A stretch of DNA of 64,000 nucleotides. Origin: Bacteroidia bacterium. Its GTDB lineage: Bacteria; Bacteroidota; Bacteroidia; Bacteroidales; CAJPTX01. The translations under genes and the position numbers were made by a program. Position 1 is the stretch's first letter, and every line of letters begins with the position of its first letter. The notes beneath the pieces were generated by a model. The model did not search any database and had not been told where the DNA came from. It saw only the letters and a program-made list of their open reading frames with translations. Location: assembly GCA_905373475.1 (NCBI GenBank), contig CAJPTC010000008.1, positions 490 through 64,489 on the forward strand, read 5' to 3'. Shown here piece after piece: positions 19,216 through 30,318 of this stretch.

Positions 19216-19797
19216 TTAGTTTCCTACAAAAATACACACTCCGTTTTCTAGTCTATACGTCGAACCATCTAGCGGACACGCGGCGTTACCCGCTGCATCA
19301 AATTGCAGACGACCGCCCGCTCGACTCATCCATCCTATGCGGCGCGCAGGGTTACCTACTATCAATTCGTAAGGATACACTTCTTTCGTAACTACTGCGC
19401 CTGCCCCGATAAAAGCATATTCGCCGATGTTGTGTCCACAAACTATCGTTGCATTAGCGCCAATCGTTACCCCTCTACCCAGACGCGTTTCACGGTATTC
19501 GCTTCTACGGTTGATGGCTGCACGCGGATTCCATACATTGGTAAATACGCAGGAGGGACCTAGAAAAACCTCATCGTCGCACCACACACCTGTGTAAAGC
19601 GATACATTGTTCTGAACCTTACAACCGTTGCCCAATACAACCCCCGAAGCAATAACCACATTCTGCCCGATGTTGCAATTCGCCCCAATTCGAGCCCCAC
19701 TCATTACATGCGAGAAATGCCATATATGCGTTCCCCCCCCTATTTCACATTCGGGGTCAATGATAGCTGTTTCGTGAGCAAAATAAGATGCTGTCAT
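19216..19797 (-). CDS. Left-handed beta-helix (hexapeptide) sugar N-acetyltransferase, WbpD-like
   Basis: The 193-aa product has hexapeptide repeats throughout. It sits directly downstream of the dehydrogenase. Confidence 0.75.
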   Translation of the reverse strand: MTASYFAHETAIIDPECEIGGGTHIWHFSHVMSGARIGANCNIGQNVVIASGVVLGNGCKVQNNVSLYTGVWCDDEVFLGPSCVFTNVWNPRAAINRRSEYRETRLGRGVTIGANATIVCGHNIGEYAFIGAGAVVTKEVYPYELIVGNPARRIGWMSRAGGRLQFDAAGNAACPLDGSTYRLENGVCIFVGN

Positions 19798-19814
19798 TAT
19801 ATGTTTCCTATGGC

Positions 19815-20552
19815 TTAAATTGAGACACCTGCCGAAAGGAGAGCGCCTCGAATGCTTAGTGCTAAATGATAGACTAGATTGACTGGTACAGCATTCCCTA
19901 CCATTTTATAGCCCAAATTCAGATCTGTATAAAGAAACTGAAAATTGTCAGGAAAGCTTTGAATCCTAGCCACTTCACGTACTGTTAACCGCCTGTAGAG
20001 AGCCTCTTGTCCTGCCACAAAAATTTGTCGATTTTCGCCCACTTTTACCATTTTGGGAGCTTGCGGATGCAACTGGCACTGCCTACCACTCGCCTGAACT
20101 GTAAAAGCAAGTTTATCCCAACTCCGTATGCGATTGCGCGACATGTAAATAGGTGAGAACGAGCCAACAAAATATTCATGGTTTGGGAAAAGAAATGCCA
20201 GTATACCCGAAACGTTTTCCGCAACAAAAAATAGAGGCTTCTTTTCTCGCAGAATCCGTATGTAGTCATAAAAAAGTTGCCCCCGCGCATCATCTATACC
20301 ACGGAGAGAGCCCGCCTCACTCCACGACTGACAGTGAGGTTCTCCAATTAACCCTACCGCATTATCTGGAAAAAACTTTGCTGGCAATTGTCGAACATCA
20401 GCTTCGATGAGCTTCACACACGGAAAATTAGCTCGATAGGTTGGGCAAATCTTCCTATCGAATTCATTGGCAACTTCTGTATGAAAACCCGCACGCTGAA
20501 ACCCCAAATCGAGCCCGCCTGCTCCAGAAAATAAACTAATCAGAGACGACAT
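19815..20552 (-). CDS. Degenerate DNA (cytosine-5) methyltransferase, M.HaeIII-like, with an internal deletion (likely non-functional)
   Basis: Motif [13 protein letters not shown] and motif VI ENV are present. Motif IV reads GEPHCQSWS instead of GGPPCQSWS. After ENVSGIL the sequence jumps straight to PNHEYFVGS...[17 protein letters not shown]...RRLTVRE...[10 protein letters not shown]. The protein is 245 aa, against about 330 aa for M.HaeIII as I remember it. Confidence 0.7.
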   Translation of the reverse strand: MSSLISLFSGAGGLDLGFQRAGFHTEVANEFDRKICPTYRANFPCVKLIEADVRQLPAKFFPDNAVGLIGEPHCQSWSEAGSLRGIDDARGQLFYDYIRILREKKPLFFVAENVSGILAFLFPNHEYFVGSFSPIYMSRNRIRSWDKLAFTVQASGRQCQLHPQAPKMVKVGENRQIFVAGQEALYRRLTVREVARIQSFPDNFQFLYTDLNLGYKMVGNAVPVNLVYHLALSIRGALLSAGVSI

Positions 20553-20555
20553 CAG

Positions 20556-21512
20556 TTACCACTTACAATGGTATTTAATATTAAGTTCTGCAGGGATACC
20601 CTCTATACATATATCAAACTTTAAAGACGGCTCTACAATTTTATTTGCATTATTATGTATGCGAAAGGAAAATTGCCAACCATTATCAAAAGAGAGAAAC
20701 ACAGTACTCATGCTACCACTTTTTAAACCTATGTACAACATATTCTGCGGTAAATTCACTCGTTGTACCTTCACTGTTGGTTTTTCCTTCTTACTAGGTA
20801 AATTGAGAGTCCCATACATGTTAAACGACTGTATAGTCGTAATGCGATGTTCATCATGACTAATAATCTTATAAAAGTCATACCTACTCAACAAATATCC
20901 AACAAATCTTTGGGCAATATCCGTATTTCCTCTCACTTGTCGCTCTATTTCTTTAACAAAGGCATTTAATAGTGGTAAATATATCTGCAAGTCTTTGTTT
21001 TCCAATTCACTAAATAGTGTTCCTTGCTTCTTTTCGCTTTCAAGAAAATCAAAAACAGACTTAACCTCTTCCCAATACATAGAAGAGCAAGGTACTCCGT
21101 ACCACTTTTTGCCAAAATCTAACGAACGAGCAATACGGCTATGCTTTATTGCTAAATGGTTATGTTTTACGCTTAAACCAATCTCCCAAACAATATCGTT
21201 TCTTCTCAATATGATGTCGCGGACATCAGCTTCCTGCCTTTCTTGATCAGATTGAATATAAATGTCCAATGTATCAGAACTAACTTCCAAAATGTTAGGT
21301 TCCATTGCAAAAATGGTAGAAGTGACGGAAGCAGCACTCAATTGGTAAAGTTCTTGTTGTTGCTTGGACATCTTATCCCAAGCTGATTTTGAAACTTCTA
21401 AACTACTGTTCTGGACAATCTGGATTGTTCTGTGTTGTTTTATTGCTTCATGCAAAGCGATGACGCAAGCATACTCATAAGCGCGCCCATTATCATTGCT
21501 AGCTCGACTCAT
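20556..21512 (-). CDS. Type II restriction endonuclease, probably HaeIII/NgoPII (GGCC) family
   Basis: It ends 3 nt upstream of the methyltransferase start on the same strand. It is AT-rich relative to its flanks by eye. The N-terminal NDNGRAYEY resembles the HaeIII-type REase family as I recall it. An ATG at 21512 is preferred over the GTG at 21530. Confidence 0.55.
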   Translation of the reverse strand: MSRASNDNGRAYEYACVIALHEAIKQHRTIQIVQNSSLEVSKSAWDKMSKQQQELYQLSAASVTSTIFAMEPNILEVSSDTLDIYIQSDQERQEADVRDIILRRNDIVWEIGLSVKHNHLAIKHSRIARSLDFGKKWYGVPCSSMYWEEVKSVFDFLESEKKQGTLFSELENKDLQIYLPLLNAFVKEIERQVRGNTDIAQRFVGYLLSRYDFYKIISHDEHRITTIQSFNMYGTLNLPSKKEKPTVKVQRVNLPQNMLYIGLKSGSMSTVFLSFDNGWQFSFRIHNNANKIVEPSLKFDICIEGIPAELNIKYHCKW

Positions 21513-21862
21513 TCTGCATCCTTCTAACACTTTTCACCTTCTTTCCACCCCTCTCCCTCTTTCCACTGTAAAAGTAAGCAAAACTCATGCTTAAAAAGCA
21601 GTGCTGATTTTCAATACGTTCCTCAAACAAAAGAGTAGTGTGTCTCTATATCGCGATACTAGGATTTTGGATACTTCCCGCATAGACAGTATTTTACAAC
21701 CTTAGTAGCGAAGTCCATTACCCTGATCTTCAATGTGTTTTGTGCTCCTTTATGATTCGTAATACCCCCGTTTTTAATTGAATTCGTGCCTTAGGCGTCT
21801 TGCTCACCTTGTCCTTTTGGGGCAATATATTTTGTAATTTGCAGTAGAATTGCGAAGGGAAG

Positions 21863-22999
21863 ATGGGGGACTTGAACTTGTATTTCGATAACGCTGCTAC
21901 AAGCTATCCTAAGTCGGATGGCGTGTTGCGACGCGTTACGCAATACCTCAACGAAGGAGGCACTTACGGGCGCGGAGCATACGCACGATGCCACGACGCA
22001 ACGCTTGTGGTAGAACAAGCGCGGAAACAAATTGCCGAGCTATTTGGCATCAAACGGGCACAACAACTGGTATTCGTAGACAGCGCTACGACTGCCATCA
22101 ACGTTGTTCTCTTTGGTGCAGATTACCCCAAAAGGAGAGTAGCCATTTCCCCACTGGAACACCACGCAGTCACACGCCCACTGCACGAACTCAAGAAACG
22201 CTTAGCGCTCCAAATAGACGTTCTACCTGCACACCCCTCGGGGCTACTCAACCTCGATGCTCTACCCGCAAACTGGGGAGCTCACTACGACCTCGTAATC
22301 ATAAACCACGCCTCCAACGTCAACGGTATTGTACAGAATTTGTCGGAAGTACGACGCTCCATGGGCGAAGGACTTCTATTGGTAGACGCTTCGCAGTCAG
22401 CAGGCGCAGTAGCCATAGACGTGGAACGCGACGGAATCGATTTTCTTGCCTTCAACGGACATAAAAGCGTAGCAGGTCCTCCTGGCGTCGGAGGGCTCTA
22501 TTTGCGCGAACCTAACACACTGCGCCCCTTGGTATATGGCGGCACGGGCAGTCATTCTGCCGAATATGAAATGCCTCCTTTCATGCCCGATCGTTTTGAA
22601 GCAGGAACGCCAAATATGATGGGCATTGCTGGACTTCTGGGTGCTCTAGAATCCCCATTACCCTATCGTCATACCTACGAGGATTTTTGCGCCTTTCGCG
22701 AACACATCAGTAATCTGGATGCCTACTACCTCGTTTGGCAAAGTGGCGCTGAGCTCCTAAGTACCGAAGTTCTAAGTATCGTACCCCGCAATGGACAAGT
22801 CTCCGAACTAACACGCCTCCTCTTCTCCGATTGGAACATTGAGGTGCGCGGAGGTATGCAATGTGCTCCACTTGCGCATCGCTTCTTTGGCACATTTCCC
22901 AGTGGCACGGTACGATTTTCGCTATCCCCTCTTCATAGCATCGCTGAGTTAGAATACGTTGAACACGCTCTTGCGGTGCTCTCAAGTCAGTTTAATTGA
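21863..22999 (+). CDS. Class V aminotransferase-fold cysteine desulfurase / selenocysteine lyase-like enzyme
   Basis: It has the PLP lysine in [17 protein letters not shown] and the catalytic Cys loop [11 protein letters not shown]. Confidence 0.8.
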   Translation: MGDLNLYFDNAATSYPKSDGVLRRVTQYLNEGGTYGRGAYARCHDATLVVEQARKQIAELFGIKRAQQLVFVDSATTAINVVLFGADYPKRRVAISPLEHHAVTRPLHELKKRLALQIDVLPAHPSGLLNLDALPANWGAHYDLVIINHASNVNGIVQNLSEVRRSMGEGLLLVDASQSAGAVAIDVERDGIDFLAFNGHKSVAGPPGVGGLYLREPNTLRPLVYGGTGSHSAEYEMPPFMPDRFEAGTPNMMGIAGLLGALESPLPYRHTYEDFCAFREHISNLDAYYLVWQSGAELLSTEVLSIVPRNGQVSELTRLLFSDWNIEVRGGMQCAPLAHRFFGTFPSGTVRFSLSPLHSIAELEYVEHALAVLSSQFN

Positions 23000-23007
23000 G
23001 CATCTAG

Positions 23008-23229
23008 ATGTTCTCTACAATATTTTTGTTCAATTCGTTAAGCGAATTAGTTGAGGCCGAGAATTTATTCCTCGGCGAGGGCAATACCTATCAGATAGAA
23101 CCCGTACCCTCGCACATTGCCTCCGAGTGTGGAATGTGTATTGCCACTAAAGAGGAAGATGCCGACATAATGTCCGCACTACTCACAGGGCAAGGGATCG
23201 AGCACTGCGTAGTGTCGAAAGGAAACTAA
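23008..23229 (+). CDS. DUF3343-like small putative Se/S carrier protein
   Basis: The 73-aa product has a conserved-looking P..I..ECG motif (VPSHIASECGMCI). It sits between the desulfurase-like gene and selD. Confidence 0.55.
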   Translation: MFSTIFLFNSLSELVEAENLFLGEGNTYQIEPVPSHIASECGMCIATKEEDADIMSALLTGQGIEHCVVSKGN

Positions 23230-23305
23230 CCTAATAATAGTCCCATTCTTCTTCCAAAAAAGAATTCGCCTCCTCCGTGTGGCGTAGTATGATTATTGAG
23301 CATTG

Positions 23306-24358
23306 ATGGCTGAACTGAAAGCATTGAACTTATTGTCGTTGTGTGGCGAAGGGGGGTGTTCGGCAAAACTTCCTGCGCGGCAGCTCGAAACACTGTTGCG
23401 CGACTTAAATTGGAACACTACGCCCGAGGTACTAGTAGGACTCGAAACTGGCGACGACGCTGGCGTATATCTGCTATCGAAAGAAACTGGACTTATCCTC
23501 ACCACCGACTTTTTCCCTCCCTTTTGCGAAGATGCCGCTCTATATGGCGAGGTGGCTGCTGTCAATGCATTGAGCGATGTATATGCTATGGGGGGCGAGG
23601 CTCTTGCCGCACTCAACATCACCCTTTTTCCACCCGACGAAGCATATCGCCCCCTATTGCGCGAAATGCTACAAGGAGGTACGCAAGCGGCACGACGTGC
23701 GGGTATACCCATTATCGGCGGTCATACCATTGCCAATTCAGCCCCCGTTTACGGACTCGCCGTACTTGGGAAAATAGATCCCGCTCACCTGATTACCAAC
23801 GATAAGCTCGAAGTAGGACAAACCCTCCTTCTCACGAAACCACTAGGCGTAGGCATCGTAATGGCAGCATCGCGGTTGCATATAGCATCTCCGAAAGCCT
23901 ACAAAGAAGCTACACGTTGGTTACGAACGCTCAATGCGCAGGCTGTGCCCGTAATGCGAAAATATGGCGTGCAGGCTGCTACCGACGTTACAGGGTTCTC
24001 TCTCATGGGGCACGCCTACAAAATGGCACGTGCGAGCCATGTAGCCATAGAGCTGCAAGCACATGCACTGCCCGTATTGCCACAGGTAGCAGCGCTCGTT
24101 GAAATGGGCTGTATACCTGGAGCGGTCTTCTCCAATCGTGCTAGTGTAGGAGAATATTGTACTGTAGCATCCCATCTACCTCGATGGCTAACCTCCCTGC
24201 TGTACGACCCTCAAACCTCGGGAGGTATTCTCATGGCAGTAGACGCTGCGCATGCGTCACAAGCGATAGACGATCTCAAAGCCGCGGGCTACGAGTACAC
24301 CACAGCTATTGGCACTGTGATCGAAAAATCTGATCATCCCACTGTACATTGCCGTTAA
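23306..24358 (+). CDS. selD: Selenide, water dikinase (selenophosphate synthetase), Cys-type
   Basis: It has the N-terminal glycine-rich loop CGEGGCSAKLP and an AIR-synthase-like fold (DDAGVY, GGHT). The ATG at 23306 lies one codon inside the TTG-initiated maximal ORF. Confidence 0.9.
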   Translation: MAELKALNLLSLCGEGGCSAKLPARQLETLLRDLNWNTTPEVLVGLETGDDAGVYLLSKETGLILTTDFFPPFCEDAALYGEVAAVNALSDVYAMGGEALAALNITLFPPDEAYRPLLREMLQGGTQAARRAGIPIIGGHTIANSAPVYGLAVLGKIDPAHLITNDKLEVGQTLLLTKPLGVGIVMAASRLHIASPKAYKEATRWLRTLNAQAVPVMRKYGVQAATDVTGFSLMGHAYKMARASHVAIELQAHALPVLPQVAALVEMGCIPGAVFSNRASVGEYCTVASHLPRWLTSLLYDPQTSGGILMAVDAAHASQAIDDLKAAGYEYTTAIGTVIEKSDHPTVHCR

Positions 24359-24396
24359 GCTACTTCGCTCTTAATTTGAATGTTTCTGTTTTAGCT

Positions 24397-24424
24397 GCCC
24401 TATGCCCCGCGTAGGGCTTTTTTC
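24397..24424 (+). terminator. Rho-independent terminator after selD
   Basis: The stem GCCCTA/TAGGGC with a 9-nt loop is followed by TTTTTTC. Confidence 0.6.
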
Positions 24425-24447
24425 TTCGTTCATTCAAATTTAAGGCG

Positions 24448-24455
24448 TACCTTTG
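24448..24455 (+). promoter_or_regulatory. Candidate -7 promoter box for korAB
   Basis: TACCTTTG fits TAnnTTTG. It lies 42 nt upstream of the korA ATG. Confidence 0.3.
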
Positions 24456-24497
24456 ACGCGTACATTTTGAAGAATAAACGCGACTAAAATAAAAGAG

Positions 24498-26348
<1,851 letters not shown>

Positions 26349-26369
26349 GAAGTGTGGGAGGAAACAAGA

Positions 26370-27392
26370 ATGAGCGAGTGCAAATACACAGCAAACGATT
26401 TCAAGAGCGACCAAGAGGTACGCTGGTGTCCTGGTTGCGGCGACCACGCTATTTTGGCTTCTGTACAAAAAGCGATGCCGCAGGTGGCTGAACAGCTCGG
26501 CTACACGAAAGAACGCTTTGTCGTAGTATCGGGGATTGGCTGTTCGAGCCGCTTCCCTTACTACATGGACACCTTTGGTTTCCACTCCATTCACGGGCGC
26601 GCTACTGCCATTTCTACAGGCTTGAAGGTAGCCAACCCCACCATGAGTGTGTGGCAAATTACGGGCGATGGCGACGCATTGGCAATAGGGGGTAACCACT
26701 TTATCCACGCTGTTCGCCGCAATATCGATATCAATATTCTGCTTTTCAACAACGAGATCTACGGCCTAACGAAGGGGCAATATAGTCCTACCTCCAAACT
26801 CGGCGCAATTACAAAGACTTCACCCTACGGAACGGTAGAACAACCTTTCCATCCTGGCGAATTGGTGCTAGGGGCACATGGGCACTTCTTTGCACGCTCC
26901 TTGGATGTAGAAATGGCACTCTCGTCAGAAGTTATGTTGGCTGCGGCAAAGCATGATGGGACGTCGGTGGTTGAGATTTTGCAGAACTGCGTAATATTCA
27001 ACAATGGCGCACACGCTACCATCTCAGACAAGCTAACGCGTGCTGACCGTGTGATTTACTTGAAGCACGGAGAGCCCATGATTTTTGGTAAGAATCGAGA
27101 CAAGGGGCTTGTTCTAGACGGTTTCCGCCTCCGCGCAGTAGAACTAGGGAAAGACGGATTTACAGAGGATAACATTTTGGTACACGATGCGCACGAGCCT
27201 AAGTTTGGCTTGCACATGTTGCTCGTTGGAATGCAGTACCCCGATCTTCCTGTAGCGCTCGGTGTTATCCGCGACGTACCGTCTCCAACTTACGACGACC
27301 TTGTACGCGACCAAATTGCCGATATCCAGAAGAATGCTAAAATGCATTGTATGGACGACCTGTTGCGCAGTGGAGAGGTATACGAACTGTAG
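26370..27392 (+). CDS. korB: 2-oxoacid:ferredoxin oxidoreductase beta subunit (TPP-binding)
   Basis: It has WCPGCGDH and the TPP motif ITGDGDALAIGGNH. An ATG at 26370 is preferred over the GTG at 26352. Confidence 0.88.
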   Translation: MSECKYTANDFKSDQEVRWCPGCGDHAILASVQKAMPQVAEQLGYTKERFVVVSGIGCSSRFPYYMDTFGFHSIHGRATAISTGLKVANPTMSVWQITGDGDALAIGGNHFIHAVRRNIDINILLFNNEIYGLTKGQYSPTSKLGAITKTSPYGTVEQPFHPGELVLGAHGHFFARSLDVEMALSSEVMLAAAKHDGTSVVEILQNCVIFNNGAHATISDKLTRADRVIYLKHGEPMIFGKNRDKGLVLDGFRLRAVELGKDGFTEDNILVHDAHEPKFGLHMLLVGMQYPDLPVALGVIRDVPSPTYDDLVRDQIADIQKNAKMHCMDDLLRSGEVYEL

Positions 27393-27419
27393 AAGATTTC
27401 AAAAGTATTATATGTACAA

Positions 27420-27450
27420 GGGACACTACCATGCGTGGTGTCCCTTTTTT
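27420..27450 (+). terminator. Rho-independent terminator after korB
   Basis: The stem GGGACAC/GTGTCCC is followed by TTTTTT. Confidence 0.65.
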
Positions 27451-27542
27451 AATAGCACAATGCACCAGAGTTTTTTAGCGGCGTGCCAAAGAAGAAGCGA
27501 TACCTTTGTGAAAGATGTTGCCATAAGTTTGTATCAAACACA

Positions 27543-28103
27543 ATGAATTACGATACGCACTACCGCGATTCGCAAAGTCTACAAAAGGCATTCCGACTTT
27601 TTGAAAGCGGCGATATCACCTCTATTGAGGTGGGTACTGTGCGCGGTCTGTGTCAGATTCACTACCACCTGTTCGAAGGTTTGTACGATTTTGCAGGTCA
27701 GATCCGTAAACAAAACCTTACAAAAGGGAGCTTTCGTTTTGCGAATTGTCTGTACTTGGAGGTTATTCTGCCCGTAATTGAGAATATGCCAGAGCACTCT
27801 TTTGAAGAGATTGTTGCCAAGTATATGGAAATGAACATAGCGCATCCCTTCCTAGAGGGCAACGGACGGTCTATGCGTATATGGCTAGATCTTATGCTCA
27901 AAAAGAATTTGGCACACGTGGTAGATTGGCGTAGGGTAGATAAGAACCTTTATCTCCAAGCCATGGGACGCAGCCCCATAAACGATCTCGAACTCCGCCA
28001 TCTCCTCCAACCAGCCTTAACCGACAGGCTAGAAGATCGCGACGTAATATTTAAGGGCATTGAGCAATCGTACTTCTACGGAGGTTATGAGGAGAGACAT
28101 TAG
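27543..28103 (+). CDS. fic: Class III Fic-domain protein (NmFic-like AMP transferase)
   Basis: It carries the Fic motif [12 protein letters not shown]. It is nearly collinear with Neisseria meningitidis Fic as I remember it (RLFESGD...[28 protein letters not shown]). An ATG at 27543 is preferred over the GTG at 27483. Confidence 0.85.
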   Translation: MNYDTHYRDSQSLQKAFRLFESGDITSIEVGTVRGLCQIHYHLFEGLYDFAGQIRKQNLTKGSFRFANCLYLEVILPVIENMPEHSFEEIVAKYMEMNIAHPFLEGNGRSMRIWLDLMLKKNLAHVVDWRRVDKNLYLQAMGRSPINDLELRHLLQPALTDRLEDRDVIFKGIEQSYFYGGYEERH

Positions 28104-28114
28104 GGCATCTGCCA

Positions 28115-30304
28115 CTACCCCACCAGTCGCCAAATACTCGCAACAAGAATTGTAATTACGACGCCGAACAGCAGCGGGAGCAATACCCCCACGAGCGTCC
28201 AACGCAAGCTTTTCGTCTCCTTGTAAATGGTATAAATCGTGGTGCTACATGGGTTGTGAAGAAGGCAAAAGAGCATCAGATTAACGCCTGTAAGGAGCGT
28301 CCAACCATTCGCCGCAAATAGCGAACTCATTGCCTCACCATCTTCAAACATTACCCCAGCCCCTGCACCAACTCCAGCCGCGCCCGTGCTCAATACAATA
28401 AGCATAAGCACTGTGGGAATTACAATCTCATTGGCAGGTATGGCAAGAATATACGCCAAGAGAATAACTCCATTCAAACCCATGATGTACCCCGGGGTAT
28501 CAAGGAATTCGATAATGTGCGCCGCAACCGTCGTGCCACCTACCTCTATATTGCAAGTAAGCCATATTAAAGCACCAGCTGGCATAGCAAAGAGAACCGC
28601 ACGCCCCAATACTATCAGCGTTCTGTCTATAAGCGAGGTATAAACGGTCTGCAGGATACGAGGCGGGCGATAAGGAGGGAGTTCCAAATGAAACGTGGAA
28701 ACCTCACCCCGAAGCACTGTACGTCCTAAAAGCCACGAGCTTAAAAAAGTGAATACTACGCCCAAAAAAGCAACCGCAATTACGGCGAGGATGCTAACAG
28801 TACCCGCTAACCTCACCGGGACGGCAGTGCCAATAAAGAGCGTAGCAATCATTATCTGCGTGGGCCAACGTCCGTTGCAAAGAGAAAAATTGTTGGTAAG
28901 AATAGCTATCAGGCGTTCGCGCGGACTGTCAATAATACGGCACGACACCACACCCGCAGCATTGCAACCAAAACCCATTGCCATGGTTAAAGCTTGCTTG
29001 CCGTGAGCTCCAGCACGACGAAAGAGTTCGTCTAGGTTGAAGGCAACACGCGGCAAGTAGCCAAAATCCTCAAGGAGTGTGAATAGCGGGAAAAAGATTG
29101 CCATGGGGGGCAACATAACAGATACGACCCATGCCGTGGCCAAATAAACACCATCAAAGAGTAAACCGCCAAGCCACCATGGGAATTGAGCCCAAATAGC
29201 AAATTCGCGTAAAAGAGGGTGCAAAGTGTCTACTAAAATATAGCTCAGCAAGGAGGAAGGGTAGTTAGAACCTATTATGGTAAGCCAAAGTACACCTCCA
29301 AAGAGGAGTATCATAACAAGAAAACCCCAAGTACGACTCGTCAGAATACGATCAAGCCTTACATCCAGTGGCGCACGGTGCTGCGTATATCCGAACTGCA
29401 CTACGGTTTGCGCTATCTCTTGTGCTTTCGCAAAAATGGCACGAGCAAGAGTCTCATGAAAACTACCTTGTGTACGCTCCCGTATCTCGTCTGTTAATGC
29501 GCGCAACTTGGCTATTTCTTCCTCACCTAAAGTCTTAGCATTAGGTACTAATTCTCCTATCTCGGACGATGAAAGGTAGTGCCATATCAGCGGATCGTCT
29601 TCTATAAGACGCAACGCTAACCAGTGCTTATTAGGAAGCTCTGGGCAATACTGAGCAAGGAGTGCAGTAACACTTCCAAGCGCCTGCTCTGCCTCTGGCG
29701 CTAAAGTAAATGTAGCGAGAGGCTTAGGCTCATACGCACCCGTAGCCACCTCGTCAATGGCTTGTAGTAATTCGGGAATACCCTTACCGCTACGCGCACT
29801 TGTCGGAATTACGGGAATACCGAGGCGCTTGGCGAGTGCCCGATGGTCTACAAAGATTTTATTCCGGTTCGCCTCATCCATCAGGTTGAGGCATAGAACG
29901 ACCTTGTGGGTTATTTGCAGAATCTGTAACACAAGGTTCAAATTGCGTTCCAAACGAGATGCATCCGCCACAATGACCACCACATCGGGGCGGGCAAAAA
30001 GAACGTGATTGCGAGCTATTTCTTCATCCTCCGAGGTAGAAAGCAAGGAATAAGTGCCTGGTAAATCTATCAGGTGGTACTTCGCACCATTGTACTTAAA
30101 TGCCCCCTCAGCGCGCGCTACGGTTTTACCAGGCCAATTGCCCGTGTGTTGCTTCAAGCCTGTGAGCGCGTTGAATACGGTACTCTTCCCCGTATTCGGA
30201 TTGCCCGCCAAAGCAATACTATAATCGGAGTTCTGTACACGCGTACCCATACGATAAACGTGTGCGGATGCCTTGCCTTGACAGAAACTGTTGCAAATAT
30301 TCAT
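28115..30304 (-). CDS. feoB: Ferrous-iron/manganese transporter FeoB
   Basis: It has an N-terminal G domain ([23 protein letters not shown]) and a C-terminal polytopic gate domain. The product is 729 aa. Confidence 0.9.
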   Translation of the reverse strand: MNICNSFCQGKASAHVYRMGTRVQNSDYSIALAGNPNTGKSTVFNALTGLKQHTGNWPGKTVARAEGAFKYNGAKYHLIDLPGTYSLLSTSEDEEIARNHVLFARPDVVVIVADASRLERNLNLVLQILQITHKVVLCLNLMDEANRNKIFVDHRALAKRLGIPVIPTSARSGKGIPELLQAIDEVATGAYEPKPLATFTLAPEAEQALGSVTALLAQYCPELPNKHWLALRLIEDDPLIWHYLSSSEIGELVPNAKTLGEEEIAKLRALTDEIRERTQGSFHETLARAIFAKAQEIAQTVVQFGYTQHRAPLDVRLDRILTSRTWGFLVMILLFGGVLWLTIIGSNYPSSLLSYILVDTLHPLLREFAIWAQFPWWLGGLLFDGVYLATAWVVSVMLPPMAIFFPLFTLLEDFGYLPRVAFNLDELFRRAGAHGKQALTMAMGFGCNAAGVVSCRIIDSPRERLIAILTNNFSLCNGRWPTQIMIATLFIGTAVPVRLAGTVSILAVIAVAFLGVVFTFLSSWLLGRTVLRGEVSTFHLELPPYRPPRILQTVYTSLIDRTLIVLGRAVLFAMPAGALIWLTCNIEVGGTTVAAHIIEFLDTPGYIMGLNGVILLAYILAIPANEIVIPTVLMLIVLSTGAAGVGAGAGVMFEDGEAMSSLFAANGWTLLTGVNLMLFCLLHNPCSTTIYTIYKETKSLRWTLVGVLLPLLFGVVITILVASIWRLVG

Positions 30305-30318
30305 GCGCTTACGATAAG

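Noticed and set aside
19798-21862. The R-M insert considered as a bounded mobile element or genomic island
   Set aside because: I found no flanking direct or inverted repeats, integrase, transposase or adjacent tRNA. Only the AT-rich composition suggests foreign origin, so I did not call a mobile_element feature.
21988-23805. Arg-rich alternative-frame ORFs 21988..22464 and 23341..23805
   Set aside because: They are out-of-frame overlaps of the desulfurase-like and selD genes, and their composition is typical of frame-shifted translation.
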